Below, one piece after another: positions 17,028 through 26,166 of a stretch of DNA of 64,000 nt. Numbering within the stretch: the stretch's first letter is position 1; each line of letters opens with the position of its first letter. The stretch lies in assembly GCA_021783095.1 (NCBI GenBank), contig JAJXUG010000002.1, positions 29,286 through 93,285 of the forward strand. The letters run 5' to 3'. This DNA comes from Chloroflexota bacterium (GTDB lineage Bacteria > Chloroflexota > Limnocylindria > Limnocylindrales > CSP1-4). The notes under the pieces were generated by a model. The model did not search any database, was not told where the DNA came from, and saw only the letters and a program-made list of their open reading frames with translations. The position numbers and the translations under genes are program-made.

Positions 17028-19844
17028 TTATCGCACGCCGGATCCCTCGCGCGAGCTTGCGAGATTGCGCTCGAGCAGACGCTCGAGGGTCACGGCGTCG
17101 GCGACCTCGGCACTCCAGCCGTACGCGGCGAACACCGCGGCGTCGAGGTCGGCGTGGGCGTTGGCGAGCCAGGTGGGGCGCTGGTTGTAGAGGTTGGTCA
17201 GGGTGCGCTTCTCGAGGTCGGCGGGGGCGAGGTTGGGCGGGTTGAGCCAGCCGTCGCGGAGCTCGACGAGGCGGCGGGCGGCCTCCCCTACCCTGGCGCG
17301 CTGCTCGTCGGTTGGGTGCGGCGGGAACGGGAAGGTCTCGAAGCAGGTGGTGGGGGTGTAGGTGAACCCGGAGATGGCCTCGCGCCGCTGAGCTCCAGCG
17401 GTGTGCCTGGACCACACTTCGTGGACGCGCGACTGCAGGACGCCGAAGAAGTAGTCATCGTCCGTTGCGAAGGCGATGAGCCGGCTGTCGGGAAGCGTTG
17501 CGCAGGGTACCCAAGCGAAGATCCGGTATGGGGACAGGCGTGTGGTTGCGATGTACCGGCTCAGTCCAGAAATCGCCCGCCTGAGTCCCGATCGGGCCTC
17601 GACGTGCAACCACCACCGCTGTGCGTACGCGGCGCGGGCGTTCTTGATGCGCTCCGGCTGCACGTGCCGGCGGACATACTCGAACGGCGCCTCGTAGAGA
17701 GCCGCCTCCGCCGCGGTCATGTCAACGCCAAAGTCAATGATCCACATGCCGCGCGATCGCCCATTCAGGTCTTCGCCGTTGATCCATGGCCGCATGACAT
17801 CGGCGTTCGATCTGCCATCGGGGTTCGGCTGCGCGAGCATCCGAATCGCCGTCGCCTCGTCGATCTCGAAAGGACCGCCCTTCGTGTCGCCCATGAACGC
17901 AATACCGAGGTTGGCGGCGATCGGGCGGATGGTCGTAAGGTCGAGTCCGGATGACAGGTTTGGGTTGATCCGGCTTACAGAGTGACCGTCGAGCTCGGAC
18001 TCGGGCTCGCTGCCGTCGTCTTGGCCGACAAAGCTGATGTGGACGGCGGCTCCTGCCAAGACCCACGGATCATCTGAGCGAGCGAAGAAGATCCGCCCCG
18101 TCTCGGCGATGCGCTGTAGAACCTTGCGACTTGCTCCTGAACGGATCGATTGGTTCGCCAGCAAGCCAGCGCGCCTCGTGCCACCTTCAGCGATCTGCGC
18201 GCGCGCCTTCTCGTGCCAGTAGGTGACGAAGTCGGCCTCGCGCGGGACCCGGCCTTCGAAGACCTGAAAGAGGTAGTCGACGTATTCGTTCCCGAGTCCT
18301 CGCCGCATCCACTTTCCGCCGAGGAACGGCGGATTCCCCACGATGAATTCGGCCGCCGGCCATTCGGCTTCGCGGGGGTTGGCGGGGTCGGAGAGGTCGA
18401 GGAGGGCGTCGCGGCACTCGATGTGGTCGAGGCGGCGCAGGATGGGGTCGCGGGCGTAGCCCAGGCCGTGGCGGATCATCCACTGGATCTCGCCGATCCA
18501 GACCGTGACGCGCGCGAGCTCGGCGGCGTAGGCGTTGAGCTCGATCCCCAGCACGGACTCCGGGCCGATCTGCGGCACCTGCATCGGCCGGCGCAGGACG
18601 AGCGACCCCCAGTTGATGGCCTCGAACTCCAGGTCCTTGAGCGCCCACAGGGAGACGATCAGGAAGTTGCCGCTCCCGCACGCGGGGTCGAGCACGCGGA
18701 CGCCGCGCAGGCGCGCGAGGAAGGCCTCGAACACCGCGTTGGGGTCCTGGTCGCGCGGGGTGGACCTCGTCACCTTCCGGCCGGACAGCACGAGCTCGGT
18801 GACCCGGGCCTGCATCGCGGTGAACTCGCGCCGGAGCGGGCGGAGGATGACGGGCTCCACCAGCTTCCAGATTGCGTCGCGATCCGTGTAGTGCGCGCCC
18901 AGCTGCGCGCGCTGCTCGGGGTCCAGGCCGCGCTCGAACAGGGTGCCGAAGATGGCGGGCTCGATCAGCGCCCAGTTGAGGCGGCTGACCTCGAGCAGCG
19001 TCGTGATCTCCGAGCCGGTGAGCTCGAGGACGTCGGCCGTGTCGAACAGGCCGCCGTTGAACCAGCTGATCTCCTCGACGCCGAACAGGCCGCCGCCGCC
19101 GGACATCTTGGCGAACAGGTCGGCCAGGGCCCGCGCGAACACGTCGGATCGACCCTTCGACACCGCCGCCAGCCGGCCGAAGATGCCGTTGGGCAGAAGG
19201 CCCGCGTCCTCGGCGAACAGGCAGAACAGGATCCGGTCGAGGAAGTGCGCCACCCGCTCGGGGTCGTGGCCTCGGGCGCGGAGGCTCTGCGCCATCTCGG
19301 CGAAGTGGCGGGCGGCCTGCTCGGTGATCTGGGCCGGCAGCAGGTGGGGCCGAAAGCTCTCGGGGTCGATGAACACGTCGCGCAGCTGCTGGAGGCCGGC
19401 GCTCGGGTCGTCGGCTGCCAGGTCTGCCAGCGTGATCGTTGTCAGCACGGGGCTGAGGCTGGTGAAGTTGGTCCGGATCTCGATGCGCTCGAGGTCGGAC
19501 ACGATCAGCAGCGGCGGGTTGCCCAGGTCGTCCTTGTACGCAAGGAGCTGGACGTAGGCGGCTTTCAGGTCTTTGCGCTTGCCCTTGTACTCCCAGGCGA
19601 AGAAGCCGCGCTTCCAGACGTCGGCGAAGCCGTCACCCCCGCCGGCCTTCTCAACACGGCGCTCGAAGGCGTACTGGTCGCCCGTGGGATCGGCCTCATG
19701 CGGGGTGGGCTCCCCCACCATCCGGCACAGGTCGATGAAGTGCTCCTGCGAGGCGGCCTTCTCGGTGGTCGTCACGCCGCGCCACTTGGCGGCGAACGCG
19801 GCCGGCGTCAGGGTCGGCGGCATCGGCCGATCCAGCGCGTCCAT
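17028..19844 (-). CDS. MmeI-family Type IIL restriction-modification enzyme (fused PD-ExK endonuclease, gamma-class N6-adenine DNA methyltransferase and target-recognition domain)
   Basis: 938 aa, colinear with MmeI (919 aa). N-terminal nuclease block DVWKRGFFAWEYKGKRKDL matches MmeI DLFWPGILLIEMKSRGKDL (D-x9-E-x-K). Further shared blocks are ILFCLFAEDAGLL, IEPAIFGTLFER, LGAHYTDRDAIWKLVEP, MTase motif I VLDPACGSGNFLI and motif IV FIVGNPPFLG. Confidence 0.85.
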   Translation of the reverse strand: MDALDRPMPPTLTPAAFAAKWRGVTTTEKAASQEHFIDLCRMVGEPTPHEADPTGDQYAFERRVEKAGGGDGFADVWKRGFFAWEYKGKRKDLKAAYVQLLAYKDDLGNPPLLIVSDLERIEIRTNFTSLSPVLTTITLADLAADDPSAGLQQLRDVFIDPESFRPHLLPAQITEQAARHFAEMAQSLRARGHDPERVAHFLDRILFCLFAEDAGLLPNGIFGRLAAVSKGRSDVFARALADLFAKMSGGGGLFGVEEISWFNGGLFDTADVLELTGSEITTLLEVSRLNWALIEPAIFGTLFERGLDPEQRAQLGAHYTDRDAIWKLVEPVILRPLRREFTAMQARVTELVLSGRKVTRSTPRDQDPNAVFEAFLARLRGVRVLDPACGSGNFLIVSLWALKDLEFEAINWGSLVLRRPMQVPQIGPESVLGIELNAYAAELARVTVWIGEIQWMIRHGLGYARDPILRRLDHIECRDALLDLSDPANPREAEWPAAEFIVGNPPFLGGKWMRRGLGNEYVDYLFQVFEGRVPREADFVTYWHEKARAQIAEGGTRRAGLLANQSIRSGASRKVLQRIAETGRIFFARSDDPWVLAGAAVHISFVGQDDGSEPESELDGHSVSRINPNLSSGLDLTTIRPIAANLGIAFMGDTKGGPFEIDEATAIRMLAQPNPDGRSNADVMRPWINGEDLNGRSRGMWIIDFGVDMTAAEAALYEAPFEYVRRHVQPERIKNARAAYAQRWWLHVEARSGLRRAISGLSRYIATTRLSPYRIFAWVPCATLPDSRLIAFATDDDYFFGVLQSRVHEVWSRHTAGAQRREAISGFTYTPTTCFETFPFPPHPTDEQRARVGEAARRLVELRDGWLNPPNLAPADLEKRTLTNLYNQRPTWLANAHADLDAAVFAAYGWSAEVADAVTLERLLERNLASSREGSGVR

Positions 19845-19958
19845 GCCCCCGTCGGCATCCCTGCCGGTGCCCTCCCCTGCTCGGCCGGTGACGGCCGGCT
19901 CCCCTACTCTACGCCGCGGCGCCCCCGCTCTGCTCGACGGGGTGACGCCCGGGCCTAC

Positions 19959-20372
19959 CTATCGGAACGGGTTGACGATCCGGACCCCGTCGATGGGCTC
20001 GCCGTCCGAGAGGTTCTCGGTCAGGATCTCGTCCGCGCCGGCGCGCTGGGCCGCGGCCATGATCATCGCGTCCCAGATCGAGATCGACGCGCGCTCGTGC
20101 AGCTCGGTGGCCGTGAGGATGAGGACCGGATCCACGGTGACGACGGGCCACGCGCTGTAGAGCCTGACGATCTCGCGGGCGTCCGCCGACGGCATCGCAA
20201 GCGAGGATCTGCCGGTCGCGACGACGTAGAACTCCTGGAGCACCTGGGTGCTCACGACGCCCGTCCGGGTCGCCCACAGGTCGCCGAGGCGCTGCCTGGC
20301 CACACGCTGCTTCGCCGGCTCCGAGCCGTCGTGCGCGTACACGAGGATGTTGGTGTCCACGAACGTCCTCAC
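19959..20372 (-). CDS. PIN-domain toxin (VapC-like)
   Basis: (V/M)RTFVDTNILVYAHD...IWDAMIMAAAQRAGADEILTEN is a PIN fold. The GTG at 20372 lies 10 nt after the upstream antitoxin stop. The ORF-track TTG at 20405 would overlap the antitoxin. Confidence 0.8.
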   Translation of the reverse strand: MRTFVDTNILVYAHDGSEPAKQRVARQRLGDLWATRTGVVSTQVLQEFYVVATGRSSLAMPSADAREIVRLYSAWPVVTVDPVLILTATELHERASISIWDAMIMAAAQRAGADEILTENLSDGEPIDGVRIVNPFR

Positions 20373-20382
20373 CGGTCGAGCG

Positions 20383-20649
20383 CTACTCGGCTCGCGGGGC
20401 GCCAAGGCGGTCCAGCCGATCCGCGTACAGGTCGTCGCGCGTCCACGTCCGCCCGCCCAGCGCCGGCGGCTCCTCCAGCAGGTCCATCGCGCGGGCGCGC
20501 GCGGCCTCGTAGCGCTCGTCCTCCGCGACCATGCCCTCCAGGGTCCGCGCGACCAGTGCGCTCACCGATGTGCCGCGGCGCGCCGCGAGGACCTTGACAC
20601 GCAGGACCGTCTCGACCTCGAGCTGCAGGGTGAGATTCGTCTTCGTCAT
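20383..20649 (-). CDS. ribbon-helix-helix antitoxin (CopG/VapB-like) partner of the PIN toxin
   Basis: MTKTNLTLQLEVETVLRVKVLAARRGTSVSALVARTLEGMVAEDERYEAARARAMDLL is an RHH fold. Start is the internal ATG 20649; it lies directly upstream of the PIN gene. Confidence 0.75.
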   Translation of the reverse strand: MTKTNLTLQLEVETVLRVKVLAARRGTSVSALVARTLEGMVAEDERYEAARARAMDLLEEPPALGGRTWTRDDLYADRLDRLGAPRAE

Positions 20650-21247
20650 CGGCCACAGTCCTCTACGTGGCCCACAGTCTACCACGTGGCCGTGCCTCCC
20701 CACGCACCGGCCGGGTGTTCCGTACGGCTACGAACTCGACGGGTGGGCCGGGGTCGGTACCTTGAAGTCGTTGGTTCGTAGCCCCACGGAACGGAACCGA
20801 CGAGGAGGGAAGCTTCTGACCGCTGCGACGGTGCGTGGACGGGCTGCATGCCCGCGCGGATGCGGCCCAGTCGTCGAGTTCGTAGCCCAGCAGAACAACG
20901 CCGTGTTGACTGCTGGCACCGGCTCCGAGGCCCAAGGTTGCGCCCGGGCGCCGAGCGGCGCAGTATTCGCGCACCGTTTGACCAGCCGGGGGCAATCCAC
21001 GGGCAAGGCCGGTCATGCCGTAGCGGGACGCGTCTCGAAGGCAACCTCGCGTCGCCCGCCCGGAAGGAGGGGCCACCACTTCGATCGGCTCGAAGCGTTC
21101 ACATCCTCGAGCACGAGACCGGGTTGGCCGGATGGCTGCGCCTCAGTTCGGCGCACCTGGAAGCCCGGTCGTGTCATCGGTATCCGACACCCCGAACATG
21201 GGAGATGTCCGTTGCGTTCCGATCGCCTGACACGGATTCGACGGCCG

Positions 21248-23059
21248 ATGGCCGTCCCGATCGTCGCCGCCCTCCTCAGTGCCTCGCTGCTGCCGGCCAT
21301 CACGCAGGCCGCCAGCAGCAAACCCGACCTCAACACCCTCGCCGGCAAGGTCGCGGCACTCCAGGGCACCGCGGGCCTCCAGGTCCGCTTCTCGAGCTTC
21401 ATCGAGCAGGAGGCGCAGGACGGGTCTGCGCCCGCGACGTCCACCCCGATCACGCCCAAGAACGTGCTGAGCAGCCCGCTCGACGGGAGCAGCGTCGCGG
21501 CCCCGGCCGTGACGGTCAACCAGGACACCGCCGGCGCCCCGCAGAACGAGACCGCCATCGCGGTCGATCCGAACAATGCGAACCGCGTCGTCGCCGCGGC
21601 CAACGACTACGTCACGCGGACGTGGTCGTGCTCGATCAACGGCACCCCGTGCAGCGCGCTGGGCGACGGCTACTCGGGCACCTACGCGTCGAACGACGGC
21701 GGCCAGACGTGGTGCTGCACCTCGAGCGATCCCAGCCACCTCGGGACGCTGATCCCGGGCGTGGACCGGCTCGCCGGCGGCCAGTACGACGCGGGCGGCG
21801 ACCCGGCCCTAGCGTGGGACAGCCGCGGCCACGTCTACTACGCCGGGCTCGGGTTCAACCGGACCTCGGCCGCGAACACGGTCACCGTGAACCGCGGAAG
21901 CTTCGACGGCTCGGGGAACCTGTCCTGGGGCGCGCCGACGTTCATCAACCCGACCACGTCGCCGTCGATCTTCAACGACAAGGAGTGGATCGCGGCCGAC
22001 CACAACGTGGCGAGCCCGTTCCGTGACCGGGTGTACGTCACCTGGACGCGGTTCGTGTTCAACGCCAACACAGGCGCGTACGTCCAGTCGCCGATCTTCT
22101 TCGCAGCCTCGTCCGATGGCGGCGCGACGTTCAGCGCGCCGAAGTCCATCTCCGGGAACGTCCTGTACGGCCAGGGCTCGCGGCCGGTCGTCGGTCCCGA
22201 CGGCTCGCTCTACGTGTTCTGGGACGGCTCGACGCGGCTCGCGTCGCTCAACTCGACCTACGTGGTCAAGTCAACCGACGGCGGCGCGTCGTGGTCGAAG
22301 CCGACAGCCATCAGCCAGCTGACCGACAGCGCGCTCCTGCGCAACACGGTCTTCCGCAACAACAGCTTCCCCGCCGCCGCGGTCGCCGCCAATGGCGACC
22401 TCTACGCGACGTGGACGACGGAGACGTCGGGCAACGCGCTCAGCGGCGACACGAGCTGCGCCTCGTGGCTGGGCTCGATCGCGCCCGGCTGCCGCTCCTA
22501 CGCCGTGTACAGCAAGTCGACCAACGGCGGCGCCACCTGGTCCGCCCCGGCCCGCGTGTTCGCGGCGGCCCCGCGCACCGCGATCGGCTACCCGGTCACG
22601 CAGCCGGGCGGCGACACCCTCGGCGCGCCCGCGGCGAGCGCGGTCGAGGACATCTTCCCCGCCATCTCCACGGCGCCCGACGGGACCGTGTACATCGGCG
22701 CGTACCGCGGTGATGTCGTGTCGCCGTGGCAGACCTGCGCCTTGGCTCCGCCCCCGCCCGAGGGCCGGATCAACTGCACGACGCTCGGCAACTACATCCA
22801 CAACACCCGGCTCGACTACGTCGTGACCAACCTGGGCACGACGCAGACCGTGAGCACGCACCCGATCAACACGCGAAACGGCTTCGGGGGCGGGTTCTTC
22901 GGCGACTACACCGACCTCTCGGTCGGCAGCGACGGCCGGTTCCACGCCTTCTGGACCGACTCGAACAACAAGCAGTCCGTGGTCTGGTTCTACGGGCTCG
23001 AGTTCGCCCCCACCCTGATCAACCAGGAGGACGTCGTCACCGCGAGCGGCGCCTTCTAG
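21248..23059 (+). CDS. secreted BNR/Asp-box repeat protein (sialidase-like fold)
   Basis: Signal peptide MAVPIVAALLSASLLPAITQA. Four Asp-box motifs (SNDGGQTW, SSDGGATF, STDGGASW, STNGGATW). Paralogous to 24532..26166. The upstream part of ORF 20531.. is out-of-frame junk. Confidence 0.8.
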   Translation: MAVPIVAALLSASLLPAITQAASSKPDLNTLAGKVAALQGTAGLQVRFSSFIEQEAQDGSAPATSTPITPKNVLSSPLDGSSVAAPAVTVNQDTAGAPQNETAIAVDPNNANRVVAAANDYVTRTWSCSINGTPCSALGDGYSGTYASNDGGQTWCCTSSDPSHLGTLIPGVDRLAGGQYDAGGDPALAWDSRGHVYYAGLGFNRTSAANTVTVNRGSFDGSGNLSWGAPTFINPTTSPSIFNDKEWIAADHNVASPFRDRVYVTWTRFVFNANTGAYVQSPIFFAASSDGGATFSAPKSISGNVLYGQGSRPVVGPDGSLYVFWDGSTRLASLNSTYVVKSTDGGASWSKPTAISQLTDSALLRNTVFRNNSFPAAAVAANGDLYATWTTETSGNALSGDTSCASWLGSIAPGCRSYAVYSKSTNGGATWSAPARVFAAAPRTAIGYPVTQPGGDTLGAPAASAVEDIFPAISTAPDGTVYIGAYRGDVVSPWQTCALAPPPPEGRINCTTLGNYIHNTRLDYVVTNLGTTQTVSTHPINTRNGFGGGFFGDYTDLSVGSDGRFHAFWTDSNNKQSVVWFYGLEFAPTLINQEDVVTASGAF

Positions 23060-23191
23060 GGCTCCCCTCCTCCGCGACACACGGGCCCGCGATCGACGCC
23101 GTCGGTCGCGGGCCTTCTCGTTTCGCCGGGCCGTCCCCGCCGCGCGACACGCTCGCCGGCGGGCCCTGCCATGCCTGCGACGGGCATGGCG

Positions 23192-23209
23192 TGATACCAC
23201 GCGGTATCA
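23192..23209. promoter_or_regulatory. perfect inverted repeat TGATACC-ACGC-GGTATCA overlapping the start codon of the RHH antitoxin; candidate TA operator
   Basis: 7-bp arms with a 4-bp spacer. The last A is the A of ATG 23209. Confidence 0.45.
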
Positions 23210-23418
23210 TGCCCGTCATGCCGATGACCCTTCGCCTCACGCCCGAGGAGACCGAGGCGCTCCGCGAGACCGCGCGACGCGAGCACCGCTCGATGCAGGC
23301 GGTCGCACGGGAGGCGATCGCGGCCTACGTCTCGAGCCGCAGCCGTCGGCGCGACGAGCATCTGGCGCGCATCGTCGCCGAGGACGCCGAGTTGCTGCGC
23401 CGCCTCGGCAGCGCGTGA
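23209..23418 (+). CDS. ribbon-helix-helix antitoxin (Phd-position partner of Doc)
   Basis: MPVMPMTLRLTPEETEALRETARREHRSMQAVAREAIAAYV is an RHH fold. Its stop overlaps the Doc start (GTGA). Confidence 0.7.
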   Translation: MPVMPMTLRLTPEETEALRETARREHRSMQAVAREAIAAYVSSRSRRRDEHLARIVAEDAELLRRLGSA

Positions 23419-23801
23419 TCGAGTACCTCGACCTCGACGACCTGCTGGTCGCGGCGGACGCGGCTGTGGGCGGACGGGCGGCCGTTCGCGACGTGGGCCT
23501 GCTCCAGGCGTCGGCAGCGCGGCCGCAGGCGTCGGCATTCGGTGAGGACGCCTACCCCGATATCGACCAGAAGGCGGCCGCCCTCCTCCACGCCATCGTC
23601 ACGGGCCACCCCCTGGTGGACGGCAACAAGCGCCTGGGGTGGGTTGCTGCCCGACTGTTCTGCCTGCGCAACGGGGCCGACCTCGCCGCACCCGCGGACG
23701 ACGCCTTCGCGCTGGTGATAGCCATCGCCGCGGGCGAGATGGACGACATTCCGGCCATCGCGAGCCGTCTCCGCGCCTGGCGGACTGGGGCCGCAGACTA
23801 G
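23415..23801 (+). CDS. Doc toxin (Fic/Doc family)
   Basis: Fic/Doc motif HPLVDGNKRLGWVAARLFCLRNG (HxFx(D/E)GNKR). GTG start coupled to the antitoxin stop. Confidence 0.85.
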   Translation: MIEYLDLDDLLVAADAAVGGRAAVRDVGLLQASAARPQASAFGEDAYPDIDQKAAALLHAIVTGHPLVDGNKRLGWVAARLFCLRNGADLAAPADDAFALVIAIAAGEMDDIPAIASRLRAWRTGAAD

Positions 23802-24044
23802 GCATTCCACAGGCGCGATGGCGGCGGGCATCGCAGATCCGGGGGGCGTCAGGCCGGAACGACGACGCTGCGGTACATGGCGAAGGTGGGATCGCGGGTG
23901 ATGATCGTGGGGCCGCGTTGCCGCGCCTGGGCGGCCAGCATCCGGTCGAATCGATCCCGATGATGTGCCGGCAGGGCCGCAGCGATCTCGCCGTCGATGC
24001 CCCCCTGAGGGCGGCGACGGCGCGACCGGCCAGGCAGGGGGGTG

Positions 24045-24341
24045 TCAGACGGAGGTGCTCTCCTGCGGCTCGTCGGCCTGATGGGCTCGGGTGTGCCAGG
24101 CGTCGAGCATCGACTCGATTCTAGGCGGCAGCCGGAAGTCGTCGCTGGACGCTGGGCCGAAGCCGGGCCCGGCGAAGTGGCGGTGGCCGTGTCGCGGGTA
24201 CGGCCCCGCGGACCCGGGCTCCCCCACCTCGGCCCATAGCATCTGGCGGTGGCGCATGGCCGCGCGCGCCACGATGGCGGCGGCGGGGATGAGCAGGAGC
24301 AGCCCGATGTTCGGGCCGCCGCTGGTGGACTTGTCGCTCAC
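24045..24341 (-). CDS. small membrane protein (99 aa, one TM: NIGLLLLIPAAAIVARAAM)
   Basis: GTG 24341 preceded by GGAG 6-7 nt upstream. Lies downstream of the BNR paralogue on the same strand. Confidence 0.45.
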   Translation of the reverse strand: MSDKSTSGGPNIGLLLLIPAAAIVARAAMRHRQMLWAEVGEPGSAGPYPRHGHRHFAGPGFGPASSDDFRLPPRIESMLDAWHTRAHQADEPQESTSV

Positions 24342-24531
24342 GTCGTTCTCCAAGGTTCGCTGGGTGGTGCCGGCAGGCCTCCCTGCCGATCGCCTGACGT
24401 GAGCATCCCGTCGCGGTGTGCAGAATGTGTGCGGATGGCGCGCAGAAGGTGCGCGCAGAGGGACGTGATGCGAGGCGGGTCCGGTGGCGCCGGGCAGGAT
24501 CGGCCGCGGCGCCACCAGGAGCGGGCTCAGC

Positions 24532-26166
24532 TCAGGGCATGACGCCGAAGTAGCCGTCCTCGCCGGCGCCAGTGCGGCCGGCGAAGGTGACCAGGTTGCG
24601 CATGTCCGTCCAGTAGGCGACGACGCCGCCGCCATCGGGCAGGGCCGCGATGTTCGAGTAGTCGCCGATGAACGAGCTCGGGTGCGGGAACGACGTGTCG
24701 AGCGTCGCGCCCGAGAACCAGCGGTCGTTCGTGGTCGGGTTCGACAGGGTCGTGGTGACCTGGGACAGCGAGAACGTCGAGGCGCCCGCGCTGGTCTCGG
24801 TCGCGAGCGTGTAGCCGTACTCGTGGTTCGCCGCGTCGTACGAGCGGTCGAAGAAGCCGATCCGCAGCAGGCCGCTCGAGTCGAAGGCCGCCCACGGCAT
24901 GAACTGGTCGCCCGGCAGGGCGATCGCGGTCGGGACGGACCAGGTCTGCCCGTGGTCCATCGACTGGCTCACGACGATGTCGGAGTTGGTGGTCGCCTTG
25001 TACGGGTTGGTATTCGCCGGCAGCGTGCTGTTGCGCATGTCGGAGAACACGAGCGCGAGGTGCGCGCCGTCCTTCGGGTCGGCCGCGATGTTGCCGGCCG
25101 CCCACGTCCGGAAGGTGCTGTCCTGGTAGGTCTGGCGCCCGAGCGCGATCGGGTAGTCAGTGGCGCCGTCGACGACGTGCGACACGAAAACGGGGGCTGA
25201 CAGCGCGTGGCCCGTCGTCGGGCTCACCTCGACCGTCATGTAGTCGTCGCGGCCGGTGATGAGGTCGGTCGTGTTCATGAACGACACGAAGACGCGGCCG
25301 TCGGCGGTCACGGTGGGCGTGGACACGAACGCCTCGTCGAGGCTCCCGGAGATGACCGTGGGCTTGGACCAGGTCATGCCCGCGTCGTGGGTGACGGTGG
25401 CGTAGATCTTGGCGCTGATGAACGAGCCCTTCTGGCCCTGGCGGAAGTCACCGAAGGTGACGATCGCGTTGCCGTTGCCCCAGGCCGCGATGTACTCCTT
25501 GTCGAGCAGGTCGCCCACGCTCGTGAAGACGCCGCTGCCGCTGGCGACCCGCGCCTGCGACCAGTGGATGCCGCCGTCGGCCGAGGTGTGGACCAGGACG
25601 TCGGGGCTCTGCGCGTTGCCCGGGCCGACGAACCGGAAGCCGAGCGTCGCGTAGTAGGCGTTGCCGGCGGCGTCGAACGCGACGGCCGGATCGCCGCTGG
25701 CCTGGTAGGTCGACGAGTCATTGACCGGGTAGGTCGTCCAGCTCTTGCCGCCGTCGAACGAGACGTGGGCGCGCGAGAGCGTGGTCTCGGTCACGTGGCC
25801 GCCCGGGTTGATCCCGAGCTGGTAGTCGTTGAGGCCGCCGATGATGTTGTTCGAATGGAGGGGGTTGACCGCGATGGAGGTCTCGTTGTGCGGGCCGGTG
25901 CCCTCGCAGTCGGTGTTGACGTTGGCCTCGTACGAGACCGGCGTCGTGCAGATCGGCGAGCCCGGCTTGACCGAGCCGCCGGTGCCGAAGACCGCACCGG
26001 CAACGGGCGAATCGGCGAAATTGTTGTGCAGGAAGTCGACCGGTTGGGACAGGTCGCCGCCGATCGCGAAGACCGGCACGACGATGACGAGCGAGAGCGC
26101 GAGCGCGGCGACGCCGATCGCGGCGCCGGCACGCCGTCGCGAACCGTGGACCCGGGGATGCAGCAT
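24532..26166 (-). CDS. secreted/membrane-anchored BNR/Asp-box repeat protein (sialidase-like), paralogue of 21248..23059
   Basis: N-terminal signal/anchor AAIGVAALALSLVIVVPVFAIGG. Asp-boxes SFDGGKSW, SADGGIHW, THDAGMTW, SMDHGQTW. Shares NETSIAVNP and a C-terminal GDY...WTDMR block with the paralogue. GAGGAG RBS before ATG 26166. Confidence 0.8.
   Translation of the reverse strand: MLHPRVHGSRRRAGAAIGVAALALSLVIVVPVFAIGGDLSQPVDFLHNNFADSPVAGAVFGTGGSVKPGSPICTTPVSYEANVNTDCEGTGPHNETSIAVNPLHSNNIIGGLNDYQLGINPGGHVTETTLSRAHVSFDGGKSWTTYPVNDSSTYQASGDPAVAFDAAGNAYYATLGFRFVGPGNAQSPDVLVHTSADGGIHWSQARVASGSGVFTSVGDLLDKEYIAAWGNGNAIVTFGDFRQGQKGSFISAKIYATVTHDAGMTWSKPTVISGSLDEAFVSTPTVTADGRVFVSFMNTTDLITGRDDYMTVEVSPTTGHALSAPVFVSHVVDGATDYPIALGRQTYQDSTFRTWAAGNIAADPKDGAHLALVFSDMRNSTLPANTNPYKATTNSDIVVSQSMDHGQTWSVPTAIALPGDQFMPWAAFDSSGLLRIGFFDRSYDAANHEYGYTLATETSAGASTFSLSQVTTTLSNPTTNDRWFSGATLDTSFPHPSSFIGDYSNIAALPDGGGVVAYWTDMRNLVTFAGRTGAGEDGYFGVMP

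Noticed and set aside
20531-21247. N-terminal 239 codons of ORF 20531..23059
   Set aside because: R/P/A-rich out-of-frame-like sequence. The BNR protein begins with a clean signal peptide at ATG 21248.
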